A stretch of DNA of 33,368 nucleotides from Escherichia phage Cartapus. How positions within the stretch are numbered: position 1 is the first letter of the stretch; every line of letters starts with the position of its first letter. A program made the translations under genes and the position numbers. The DNA lies in the sequence record NC_070909. One strand, 5' to 3'. The notes below the pieces were generated by a model. That model saw only the letters and a program-made list of their open reading frames with translations, was not told the DNA's origin and did no database searches. Of the stretch, positions 17,851 through 26,462 are shown piece after piece.

Positions 17851-20800
17851 TAACAACCTGCGGCTGCAGGTCATTCTTAATGCGGTTGACAAACTCACCC
17901 GCCCATTCCGTGTTGCACAGGCCAGTTCGAAAGAGCTGGCTGGCGCAATTCAGAATACCCGAAACAGCCTCAAAGAACTGAATAAGCAGGCTGGCAGAAT
18001 TGATGAATTTCGCAAGACGCGCTCGCAACTAGCCATAACAGCCAACAACCTGAACGCAGCCCGCGAAGAGGCGGCAAAACTCGCCACACAATTTGCTGCC
18101 ACTAACAGGCCAACCGCCGCGCAGGCAAAGTTATTCAGTCAGGCCAAAACACGAGTACAGGAACTTCAGCAGACCTATAACGGCTTGTTGGGGGCGGTCC
18201 AGAGACAACGTCAGGCACTTAAAGAATCAGGGATTGATACCAGACAACTCAGTAGTGCCCAGCGAGAACTTAAGAAAAATGCTGAAGAAACAAGGCAGGC
18301 AATGGAGGGCCAGCAAAAAGCACTTAAACGTCTGGGTGAACAACAGGCACGGATGAACGCTGCCAGAGAACAATACTCAAGACGGCTTGAAGTGCGCGAT
18401 CGCATCGCAGGAGCCGGAGCCACTACCACGGCTGCAGGGCTGGCAATGGGTGCGCCAGTGATGGCAGCAGTAAAAAGCTATACCAGCATGGAAGATGCCA
18501 TGAAAGGTGTGGCAAAGCAGGTCAATGGTCTGCGTGATGATAATGGCAACCGCACTGCGCGTTTTTACGAAATGCAGGATGCCATCAAGGCTGCCAGCGA
18601 ACAGTTGCCGATGGAAAACGGTGCTGTGGACTTTGCCGCACTGGTTGAAGGTGGTGCGCGCATGAACGTCGCAAATCCTGACGACAGCTGGGAAGACCAG
18701 AAACGTGACCTGCTGGCCTTCGCCAGCACGGCAGCAAAGGCGGCAACAGCCTTTGAGCTGCCAGCGGATGAACTGTCAGAAAGTCTGGGGAAAATCGCCC
18801 AGCTCTACAAAATCCCTACCCGCAATATTGAACAGCTCGGTGATGCGCTGAACTATCTGGATGATAACGCCATGTCGAAAGGGTCAGACATCATTGATGT
18901 CATGCAACGCCTGGGCGGTGTGGCAGATCGTCTGGATTATCGTAAAGCGGCGGCGCTGGGTTCCACCTTCCTGACACTGGGCGCTGCGCCGGAGGTTGCT
19001 GCCAGTGCAGCAAACGCGATGGTGCGTGAATTGTCCATTGCCACCATGCAAAGTAAGAGTTTCTTTGAAGGGATGAATCTGCTGAAACTCAATCCTGAAG
19101 TGATTGAAAAGCAGATGACGAAGGATGCGATGGGAACTATCCAGCGTGTGCTGGAGAAGGTGAACGCACTGCCGCAGGACAAGCGTCTGTCTGCCATGAC
19201 CATGTTGTTTGGTAAAGAGTTTGGTGATGATGCAGCGAAACTGGCAAACAACCTTCCGGAACTGCAGCGCCAGCTAAAACTGACAGCGGGCAATGATGCG
19301 CTCGGTTCCATGCAGAAAGAATCCGACATCAACAAAGACTCACTTTCCGCTCAGTGGTTGCTGGTCAAAACCGGAGCGCAGAACACCTTCAGCAGCCTGG
19401 GCGAAACGCTGCGCCAGCCGCTGATGGATATTCTGTACACGGTAAAAAGCATCACGGGGGCGTTGCGCCGCTGGGTGGAAGCTAACCCGGAACTGACAGG
19501 CACACTGATGAAAGTAGCGGCTGTTGTGGCTGCGGTTACCGTAGGCCTCGGCACCTTAGCGGTGGCGCTGGCTGCAGTGCTGGGGCCGCTGGCAGTCATC
19601 CGTCTGGGATTCTCTGTGCTGGGTATCAAAACGTTACCTTCCGTTACGGCAGCAGTAACACGAACCAGCAGCGCGTTGTCCTGGTTAGCTGGCGCTCCAC
19701 TGGCACTGCTGCGACGCGGGCTTGCTTCATCGGGCAACGCAGCGGGTTTACTTACTGCGCCGTTGTCGTCTTTGCGCCGCACCGCATCACTGACGGGGAA
19801 TGTCCTGAAAACTGTAGCAGGTGTGCCGGTTGCACTGTTGCGGTCTGGATTATCCGGTTTACGTGCGGTTGCTGTGATGTTTATGAATCCACTGGCAGCA
19901 CTACGCGGTGGACTGGCTGCCGCAGGCGCGGTGCTGCGTGTGCTGGCATCCGGTCCGCTGGCGATGCTGCGCGTTGCCCTGTATGCCGTATCTGGTCTGT
20001 TAGGTGCTCTGCTCAGTCCGATAGGTCTTGTGGTTACTGCACTGGCGGGCGTGGCGCTGGTTGTCTGGAAATACTGGCAACCCATCACCGCATTTCTCGG
20101 TGGCGTGGTGGAAGGATTCAAAGCGGCGGCAGGTCCCATCAGTGCTGCATTCGAACCGCTTAAGCCCGTGTTCCAGTGGATTGGCGACAAAGTACAGGCG
20201 TTGTGGGGCTGGTTTACTGATCTGCTGACGCCTGTTAAGTCGACCTCTGCCGAACTGCAGAGCGCAGCGGCAATGGGGCGACGATTCGGGGAGGCACTGG
20301 CGGAAGGGCTGAATATGGTCATGCATCCGTTGGACTCCCTGAAATCCGGCGTTTCCTGGTTGCTGGAGAAACTCGGTATTGTCAGTAAAGAGGCTGCAAA
20401 GGCGAAACTGCCGGAAAGCGTGACGCGTCAGCAACCTGCGACGGTGAATGCAGACGGTAAAGTGATGATGCCATCGGGTGGTTTTCCGTCATGGGGATAT
20501 GGCTTTGCGGGGATGTATGACAGCGGCGGCTATATCCCGCGCGGGCAGTTCGGCATTGTCGGTGAAAACGGGCCTGAAATTGTCAACGGTCCGGCAAACG
20601 TGACCAGTCGGAGAAATACAGCTGCACTGGCTGCCGTTGTTGCCGGAATGATGGGCGTTGCTGCCGCGCCTGCAGAGCTTCCGCCGTTACATCCTTTGGC
20701 ACTTCCCGCGAAAGGCGGCGAAGCGATGGTGAGTCGTGCAGCCACTGTGCCGCCCGCTCAACGGATTGAGGCACCGACGCAGATCATCATCCAGACGCAG

Positions 20801-20920
20801 CCAGGACAAAGTGCGCAGGATATTGCGCGGGAGGTGGCACGCCAGCTTGATGAACGTGAACGCAGGCTGAAGGCAAAAGCCAGGAGTAACTACAGCGATC
20901 AGGGGGGATACGACGCATGA
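17843..20920 (+). CDS. T: tail tape measure protein (P2 gpT-like)
   Basis: 1025-aa ORF. Coiled-coil-like N-terminal half and an Ala/Leu-rich repetitive hydrophobic central region. Position between E' and U. Confidence 0.9.
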   Translation: MSDNNLRLQVILNAVDKLTRPFRVAQASSKELAGAIQNTRNSLKELNKQAGRIDEFRKTRSQLAITANNLNAAREEAAKLATQFAATNRPTAAQAKLFSQAKTRVQELQQTYNGLLGAVQRQRQALKESGIDTRQLSSAQRELKKNAEETRQAMEGQQKALKRLGEQQARMNAAREQYSRRLEVRDRIAGAGATTTAAGLAMGAPVMAAVKSYTSMEDAMKGVAKQVNGLRDDNGNRTARFYEMQDAIKAASEQLPMENGAVDFAALVEGGARMNVANPDDSWEDQKRDLLAFASTAAKAATAFELPADELSESLGKIAQLYKIPTRNIEQLGDALNYLDDNAMSKGSDIIDVMQRLGGVADRLDYRKAAALGSTFLTLGAAPEVAASAANAMVRELSIATMQSKSFFEGMNLLKLNPEVIEKQMTKDAMGTIQRVLEKVNALPQDKRLSAMTMLFGKEFGDDAAKLANNLPELQRQLKLTAGNDALGSMQKESDINKDSLSAQWLLVKTGAQNTFSSLGETLRQPLMDILYTVKSITGALRRWVEANPELTGTLMKVAAVVAAVTVGLGTLAVALAAVLGPLAVIRLGFSVLGIKTLPSVTAAVTRTSSALSWLAGAPLALLRRGLASSGNAAGLLTAPLSSLRRTASLTGNVLKTVAGVPVALLRSGLSGLRAVAVMFMNPLAALRGGLAAAGAVLRVLASGPLAMLRVALYAVSGLLGALLSPIGLVVTALAGVALVVWKYWQPITAFLGGVVEGFKAAAGPISAAFEPLKPVFQWIGDKVQALWGWFTDLLTPVKSTSAELQSAAAMGRRFGEALAEGLNMVMHPLDSLKSGVSWLLEKLGIVSKEAAKAKLPESVTRQQPATVNADGKVMMPSGGFPSWGYGFAGMYDSGGYIPRGQFGIVGENGPEIVNGPANVTSRRNTAALAAVVAGMMGVAAAPAELPPLHPLALPAKGGEAMVSRAATVPPAQRIEAPTQIIIQTQPGQSAQDIAREVARQLDERERRLKAKARSNYSDQGGYDA

Positions 20921-21402
20921 TGATGGTGCTGGGATTGTACGTGTTTATGCTGCGCACTGTGCCGTATCAGGAACTGCAGTATCAACGCAGCTGGCGACAT
21001 GCGGCAAACAGCCGGGTCAACCGACGTCCGTCCACGCAGTTTCTGGGACCGGACAACGACATGCTGACGCTTTCTGGTGTTCTTATGCCGGAGATAACAG
21101 GCGGCAGGCTGTCGTTGCTGGTACTGGAGCAGATGGCAGAGCAGGGGAAAGCATGGCCCCTGATTGAAGGCAGCGGCACGATTTACGGCATGTATGTGAT
21201 TGAGGGACTGAATCAGACTAAAACGGAGTTTTTCCGCGACGGTATGCCGCGCCGGATTGAGTTCACCCTGTCGCTCAAACGGGTGGATGAATCCCTGTCC
21301 GATATGTTCGGTGATCTCAGTGCGCAACTGAATAATCTGCAGGACACGGCAACGTCTGCCTTAAGCGATATCAGTAAAACGGTGGGAGGGCTGCTGTCGT
21401 GA
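20917..21402 (+). CDS. U: tail protein (P2 gpU-like)
   Basis: 161-aa ORF; its ATG overlaps the T stop (ATGA). Confidence 0.85.
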   Translation: MMMVLGLYVFMLRTVPYQELQYQRSWRHAANSRVNRRPSTQFLGPDNDMLTLSGVLMPEITGGRLSLLVLEQMAEQGKAWPLIEGSGTIYGMYVIEGLNQTKTEFFRDGMPRRIEFTLSLKRVDESLSDMFGDLSAQLNNLQDTATSALSDISKTVGGLLS

Positions 21403-22499
21403 ATTTCAGCTCTGAACTGCTTAACAAAGGCAACAAAACTCCCGCATTCAGCATCAGTATTGAGGGCAGGGATATCACCACTGTGCTGGATAACCGCCTG
21501 ATGAGTTTGACGCTGACGGATAATCGGGGCTTTGAAGCAGACCAGCTTGATCTGGAGCTGGACGACGCCGACGGAAAAATCGTGCTGCCGCGCCGTGGTG
21601 CGGTTATTACGCTGGCGCTGGGCTGGAAGGGGCAGCCGCTTTTCCCGAAAGGGGCATTCACGGTGGACGAGATTGAACACACTGGCGCACCGGACCGCCT
21701 GACTATCCGGGCGCGAAGTGCTGATTTTCGTGAAACGCTGAATACCCGCCGTGAAAAGTCGTGGCACAAGACCACCGTTGGGGAAGTGGTGAAGGAAATA
21801 GCTGCGCGGCACAAACTGAAGATGGCATTGGGTAAAGACCTGTCAGATAAACCCGTGGAACATATAGACCAGACCAATGAGAGTGACGGCAGTTTTCTGA
21901 TGCGACTGGCGCGCCAGTACGGTGCTATTGCGTCGGTGAAAAATGGCAATCTGTTATTCATCCGGCAGGGACAGGGCAAAAGCGCCAGCGGTAAACCACT
22001 GCCGGTGATCACTATCACGCGTAAGGACGGCGACAGTCACCGCTTTACCCTGGCAGATCGCGGAGCCTATACGGGCGTCATTGCCAGCTGGTTGCATACC
22101 CGCGAACCCGCGAAGAAAGAAAGCACCACGGTGAAGCGTAAGCGCAGAACTAAGAAGCAGAAGAAAGAGCCGGAAGCGAAGCAGGGCGATTACCTGGTGG
22201 GGACGGATGAAAACGTGCTGGTACTTAATCGCACTTATGCCAACCGGAGCAACGCCGAACGAGCGGCGAAAATGCAGTGGGAACGCCTGCAACGCGGTGT
22301 TGCGTCATTCTCGCTACAACTGGCGGAAGGTCGGGCAGATCTCTACACGGAAATGCCTGTGAAGGTCAGTGGCTTTAAACAGCCAATAGATGATGCGGAA
22401 TGGACCATTACGACTCTGACACATACCGTCAGCCCGGATAACGGTTTTACGACCAGTATTGAACTTGAAGTGAAAATTGGTGATCTTGAAATGGAGTAA
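21399..22499 (+). CDS. D: tail protein D (P2 gpD-like)
   Basis: 366-aa ORF with a GTG start overlapping the U stop. Last gene of the tail operon before ogr. Confidence 0.85.
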   Translation: MNFSSELLNKGNKTPAFSISIEGRDITTVLDNRLMSLTLTDNRGFEADQLDLELDDADGKIVLPRRGAVITLALGWKGQPLFPKGAFTVDEIEHTGAPDRLTIRARSADFRETLNTRREKSWHKTTVGEVVKEIAARHKLKMALGKDLSDKPVEHIDQTNESDGSFLMRLARQYGAIASVKNGNLLFIRQGQGKSASGKPLPVITITRKDGDSHRFTLADRGAYTGVIASWLHTREPAKKESTTVKRKRRTKKQKKEPEAKQGDYLVGTDENVLVLNRTYANRSNAERAAKMQWERLQRGVASFSLQLAEGRADLYTEMPVKVSGFKQPIDDAEWTITTLTHTVSPDNGFTTSIELEVKIGDLEME

Positions 22500-22567
22500 A
22501 TGGTTCTCAATATTGATATTTTGTGTATCATTGCAATGATTCTGATAGCAAAGGTAGGGATCTGGAT

Positions 22568-22786
22568 ATGATGAATTGTCCAAAGTGTGGTCATGCGGCG
22601 CACACAAGGAGCAGTTTTCAAGTAACAGAAAGCACCAAAGAGCGTTACTGCCAGTGCCAAAATATTAACTGCGGGAGCACTTTTGTTACCCATGAAACAG
22701 TGGTCCGGTTTATTGTGACACCTGCAGTGATTGCCACAGCCCCTCCACATCCATTGCCAGGTGGTCAGGGCCATATGAATTTTTAA
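22568..22786 (+). CDS. ogr: late gene transcriptional activator, Ogr/Delta-type zinc finger
   Basis: Track ORF 22523-22786. The ATG at 22568 gives MMNCPKCGHAAHTRSSFQVTESTKERYCQCQNINCGSTF..., matching the C-x2-C...C-x4-C Ogr zinc finger as recalled. Confidence 0.85.
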   Translation: MMNCPKCGHAAHTRSSFQVTESTKERYCQCQNINCGSTFVTHETVVRFIVTPAVIATAPPHPLPGGQGHMNF

Positions 22787-22793
22787 GAAAGAG

Positions 22794-22817
22794 AACCTGC
22801 TACGGCAGGTTTTTATT
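22794..22817. terminator. hairpin plus T-tract between convergent ogr and the WYL/BRCT gene
   Basis: AACCTGC-TACG-GCAGGTT followed by TTTTATT, 8 nt after the ogr stop. It overlaps the 3-prime end of the minus-strand gene, so it may act in both directions. Confidence 0.6.
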
Positions 22818-23295
22818 CATCTGGGATCTCACCCGTTTCAAGAAAATGTATAAAGCCAGGCTCATCTATGATGATAGTGCCTTTCATCCTGGCTGCCGAT
22901 ACTTTTGATGGGCCTGCATTGTAACCGCAACAGAGCATCTGAAGGTTTTGGGTTACAGATGTTCTTACCGTTAATCCTTGTTCATTCGCCTTATCAACCA
23001 ACCTTTCTTTATCTGCTTTCTTAAATCCGGTGAAACACACATCGAATGTATTTTTTTTCGGACCTGACTGCTTAGTGAGATGTGAGTAGTTTTCGGGGAG
23101 GAATGACGCGCATTCCTGAATGGCTTGTTCTTGTGAATCGTATTGTTTAAGAATGCGGTCTTTTCGGAAGGTTTTTATTCGATCGGTGTTCTTACAAATG
23201 CCCTGTATGTGATTTTCGCTATAACTGATGCTCTGTATTGAGTGAACACCGATACGACCATTTGCATTGATGTAAACAAAGTGAAGTTCTTCCAT
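22813..23295 (-). CDS. small protein with WYL-like N-terminal region and C-terminal BRCT-like domain; function unknown
   Basis: 160-aa ORF, ATG at 23295 with an AAGAGG RBS. C-terminus (DVCFTGF...GLTVRTSVTQNL...GPSK...IIIDEPGFIHFL) resembles the BRCT domain of NAD-dependent ligases. N-terminus (GRIGVHSIQ...IKTFRKDRI) resembles a WYL domain. Both by recalled motifs only. Confidence 0.5.
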   Translation of the reverse strand: MEELHFVYINANGRIGVHSIQSISYSENHIQGICKNTDRIKTFRKDRILKQYDSQEQAIQECASFLPENYSHLTKQSGPKKNTFDVCFTGFKKADKERLVDKANEQGLTVRTSVTQNLQMLCCGYNAGPSKVSAARMKGTIIIDEPGFIHFLETGEIPDE

Positions 23296-23321
23296 GTCAA
23301 ACCTCTTTGCATGATTTCAAG

Positions 23322-23360
23322 ATGGCGACAGGCAAGATGGACGCAAAAGTCTGTCGCCAT
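23322..23360. promoter_or_regulatory. 10-bp perfect inverted repeat with 19-nt spacer (ATGGCGACAG-N19-CTGTCGCCAT) upstream of the WYL/BRCT gene
   Basis: Read directly. Lies between the minus-strand gene start (23295) and attP. Candidate operator or integrase arm-type site. Confidence 0.4.
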
Positions 23361-23376
23361 TTTGCCGCCACTACCT

Positions 23377-23408
23377 AAGAAAAAGGGGCTACGCTTTCAC
23401 GTAACCCC
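23377..23408 (-). terminator. rho-independent terminator on the minus strand immediately after the ssrA-derived core
   Basis: Minus-strand reading gives a 9-bp stem (GGGGUUACG/CGUAGCCCC, one G-U pair), a 6-nt loop and a TTTTTCTT tract, directly downstream of the tmRNA-like 3-prime end. Confidence 0.5.
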
Positions 23409-23418
23409 TTGATTTATT

Positions 23419-23463
23419 TGGTGGAGCTGGCGGGAGTTGAACCCGCGTCCGAAATTCCTACAT
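23419..23463 (-). other. attP: attP core: 45 nt identical to the 3-prime end of ssrA (tmRNA)
   Basis: The reverse complement reads ...ATGTAGGAATTTCGGACGCGGGTTCAACTCCCGCCAGCTCCACCA, the tmRNA T-arm and acceptor end including CCA, as I recall E. coli ssrA. Identity stops abruptly at 23463. Confidence 0.8.
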
Positions 23464-23582
23464 ACCATTTTTACTATAACAAAAACAGTAAATTTCGTTT
23501 GAAAACATATTGTTAATGTTATTTGGTGTTTGTCCGTTTTATAGGTTTTTAATGCTCTGCCGCCAAAATGTCGCCATTACTA

Positions 23583-24788
23583 TCATGGTTTAATATGGGC
23601 ATATACTTGAATTTCATCCATACAAGTTTCGAGTTTATAAAAGTCAGTTAAATTATAGATGTTCAAAATTTCATCATCTATGCTTCCTGTTAGCTCACGA
23701 TTTTTTCTTCTTCGTAGCCTTCTGCTGAGATTCTCTCGATCGGATTGTGCAACTGATTCAGGCACGTACTCAACTGTTTTTAGGACCTGCCAAGATACAG
23801 GCAATGTGAATTTGAAAATTTTCGCTAGATTTGGACAAAATTCATTATTGGCCATCTCCTCGTAACGCACTTTTGGAGGAAGTACCACATTTATTCCTCT
23901 GCTACCTAAGGCATTAGCAGGTAATTTTGTTGAGCGGTAGGCTATACCAACAACATTCTCATTGCTGTTCCGACTGATCCATTGCATCAAAAGATTGGGG
24001 ATAATATATTCTTGTACAAAGGAAGCATTGTCATATTTTTTTAAATAATTGCATGCAATTATCAAAGGCCAAAGTGCTAAATATGAGAGTTTGGTATTGA
24101 AATCATATTTGTTCTTTCTTTTTGACTCTAATATAGATCTCTGTTTATATAAAAAATCAGGTCCTATATTTAGTACCTTTGAGTCATTATTTTTATCGAT
24201 CTTGTAGGCAGATATATATAGCTTATCAAAATCTGGCTTATCCATTTCTCTCCAGCATATATAAAGAGATGTTCCTAAATATAAACAGGGTAGACCAGCA
24301 ACTGAAAATCTCTGTGCTCTAACAAAGTGACGCTGACTGAACGGAATATGAAACATATCTCTTCTTGATGTAAGTGGCGTATCAGATTTTCTAACGCGGA
24401 ATAATGGTTTATCTTCATTACATAAGTCAGAAAGAGGTATGCATATATTTTCAATATGACGAGATATAGTTCGTGGCTCTAGCATACTTTCAAATGAGTC
24501 ATATGCCGACTTAATATCCCCTGATAAAAAACACTCTAAACACGAGACGATTTCTTTCTGCATGATATCTACAGCTCTAAGTCTATTGCGCAAGCGTAAA
24601 CTTAACCTGTTATCATTTTCCTGGATGTAATCTACTAAACAACCCCGGAATTTACTGCATTTTAGAGCGAAGTCATCTATCAAAGTAAGGTTTTTTTCAA
24701 TCTCAATTGGTGGTCGAATACTTGATTTTTTTCTAATAGTGTCAAAAAGATTATTAAGTTCTTCATCGAGTTCTTGTTGAATATGCAT
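23583..24788 (-). CDS. large accessory protein with a RES-domain-like core (possible NAD+-targeting toxin-type fold); function unknown
   Basis: 401-aa AT-rich ORF, 9 nt downstream of the int stop. The central segment ...FRVRKSD...QRFSVAGLPCLYLGTSLYICWRE... parallels the Arg / Tyr-x-x-x-Ser / Glu core of RES toxins (MbcT/ParT type) as recalled. No adjacent antitoxin-like ORF. Confidence 0.5.
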   Translation of the reverse strand: MHIQQELDEELNNLFDTIRKKSSIRPPIEIEKNLTLIDDFALKCSKFRGCLVDYIQENDNRLSLRLRNRLRAVDIMQKEIVSCLECFLSGDIKSAYDSFESMLEPRTISRHIENICIPLSDLCNEDKPLFRVRKSDTPLTSRRDMFHIPFSQRHFVRAQRFSVAGLPCLYLGTSLYICWREMDKPDFDKLYISAYKIDKNNDSKVLNIGPDFLYKQRSILESKRKNKYDFNTKLSYLALWPLIIACNYLKKYDNASFVQEYIIPNLLMQWISRNSNENVVGIAYRSTKLPANALGSRGINVVLPPKVRYEEMANNEFCPNLAKIFKFTLPVSWQVLKTVEYVPESVAQSDRENLSRRLRRRKNRELTGSIDDEILNIYNLTDFYKLETCMDEIQVYAHIKP

Positions 24789-24797
24789 TTTTATTTA

Positions 24798-25814
24798 TCA
24801 CTTTAAGTTAAATAAGGGGTTTTTAGTAACAGCATCTTCAAGATGTTCTGGTGCGAAATGGGCATAGACCATTGTCATTTTTATATCTGAGTGCCCTAAA
24901 ATATCTCTCAATACAAGAATATTTCCGCCATTCATCATAAAGTGACTAGCGAATGTATGGCGCAATACATGCGTGCACTGGCCCTCTGGCAAGTCAATAC
25001 CTGCTCTTTTTACTGCACGCTCAAAAGATTTTCTGCATGGCGTGAATAACTTCCCTCTGTTTTTGGGGAGTTCGTGATACAGATCTTGAGATATTGGTAC
25101 TGTTCTGTTTTTCTTGCCCTTTGTCTTTGTATAAGTAATTCGGTATTTCGATATTTGGTGGCCCTGAAGGTTTTCGGCTTCACTCCACCGTGCGCCGGTA
25201 GCTAAGCATATTTTTGCAATCATTAGTAGGCTCGGGCTTTGAGATTCAGCACATGCAGCCAACAGGCGCTTGATTTCGTCCACGGAAAGAAAAGCCAGCT
25301 CACCTTCGGTAATTTTGAAGGTCGGAAGTCCTGCCAGCGGGTTTGGTGCTGACCAGTGTCCTAGTTTTTTTAATGTACCGAACACCGATGATAGATTGCG
25401 CTGTTCAAGGTTTACCGTGCGGGGCTTAACGGGCGACATAAGCGTGCCATCTTCATTTCGTACTTCACCTTTTAACCGTGCTTCGCGGTATTTCGTAAAG
25501 TCACCGGCTGTTAGTTCTGAGGCGATGGGATCGCCTAGACCATTACAGATAATTCTAAGTTTCGCCATGAGGCGCTTGGGGTCTGCGAGTGTTTGACCAT
25601 ACAGGGAATACCACTGCTCAATTAATTCTGATAGGTGTCGCCGATCTTCCTTTTCCCCCAGCCATGGTTTTTTGTTCACTTCTTCCATTGTGAAGCTTTC
25701 AAAAGCAATGGCTTCGCCTTTCGTAGCAAATTGCTTACGCACGCGCTTGCCATTGCGTCCATTGGGATAGCACTCGCACAACCATTTACCGTTTGGCTGT
25801 TTTCTGACAGTCAT
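24798..25814 (-). CDS. int: tyrosine integrase (phage integrase family)
   Basis: 338 aa. C-terminal ...HVLRHTFASHF...LGHSDIKMTMVYAHF carries the R-H-R-Y catalytic signature. Adjacent to attP and the repressor gene. Confidence 0.9.
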   Translation of the reverse strand: MTVRKQPNGKWLCECYPNGRNGKRVRKQFATKGEAIAFESFTMEEVNKKPWLGEKEDRRHLSELIEQWYSLYGQTLADPKRLMAKLRIICNGLGDPIASELTAGDFTKYREARLKGEVRNEDGTLMSPVKPRTVNLEQRNLSSVFGTLKKLGHWSAPNPLAGLPTFKITEGELAFLSVDEIKRLLAACAESQSPSLLMIAKICLATGARWSEAENLQGHQISKYRITYTKTKGKKNRTVPISQDLYHELPKNRGKLFTPCRKSFERAVKRAGIDLPEGQCTHVLRHTFASHFMMNGGNILVLRDILGHSDIKMTMVYAHFAPEHLEDAVTKNPLFNLK

Positions 25815-25816
25815 GT

Positions 25817-26449
25817 TTAGATACTCTTTATTACTTTGACTGCACGCCCAATAACTTCCACATCATCAGTAGAGCACTCGAAAGACGCTTCATCTTGATT
25901 TACTACAATCTTATTGCCGGGAATCCGCATGATTTTTGCAACAATAATCATTCCATCAATATTGATAAGCCAGAATCCATTGCTGACCTGTTTAATTGAT
26001 TTATCGATGAGATAACAATCAGTAGGGGTTTCTAAGAACATCGATTCTTCATAATCTGCAGGTAATATGCTGTGGTCTAGGAAAATCTCTTCATCAATAC
26101 TGAGTTGTCCATTCTCCAGGGTTCCTTTAGGAATAGCTGGAGTTATGAGTTTGGATAACGGTTTAATTGCTTGTTTGTTCTCATTATGAGAACTTTTCTC
26201 AGGCTCAGCTCCTCCTTTCATGCTTCCCTGTCCTGTAGCTAACCAAAGCAACGAAACACCGGTTTCTAGTGCGCACTGAATTATCCAGTCAGCAGGAAAG
26301 CTGTCACGTAACACTCTGTTTGCCATAGTGCTTTTTGAGACATTCAGGTGCTCGCTTAATGCCTGCTTAGTTGTGAATCCATAAGCCTCAAGCAGCCTTT
26401 CAATAGCTGCCTTACCTCCCGTATCGGAACCCATTCTGATGTTTAACAT
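25817..26449 (-). CDS. cI: CI-like immunity repressor (N-terminal HTH)
   Basis: 210-aa ORF upstream of and co-oriented with int, divergent from the apl/cII operon. HTH-like region TTKQALSEHLNVSKSTMANRV. GGAG RBS. Confidence 0.7.
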   Translation of the reverse strand: MLNIRMGSDTGGKAAIERLLEAYGFTTKQALSEHLNVSKSTMANRVLRDSFPADWIIQCALETGVSLLWLATGQGSMKGGAEPEKSSHNENKQAIKPLSKLITPAIPKGTLENGQLSIDEEIFLDHSILPADYEESMFLETPTDCYLIDKSIKQVSNGFWLINIDGMIIVAKIMRIPGNKIVVNQDEASFECSTDDVEVIGRAVKVIKSI

Positions 26450-26462
26450 TGGTAATCTCCAT

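Noticed and set aside
23322-23360. The 10-bp inverted repeat upstream of the WYL/BRCT gene as a rho-independent terminator
   Set aside because: The 19-nt loop is long and the T-tract is only 4 nt on the plus strand, with none on the minus strand. An operator or arm-type binding site is more likely than an intrinsic terminator.
23419-23463. A complete tmRNA or tRNA gene
   Set aside because: Only the last 45 nt of ssrA are present and identity stops abruptly. This is an attachment-site core, not a functional RNA gene.
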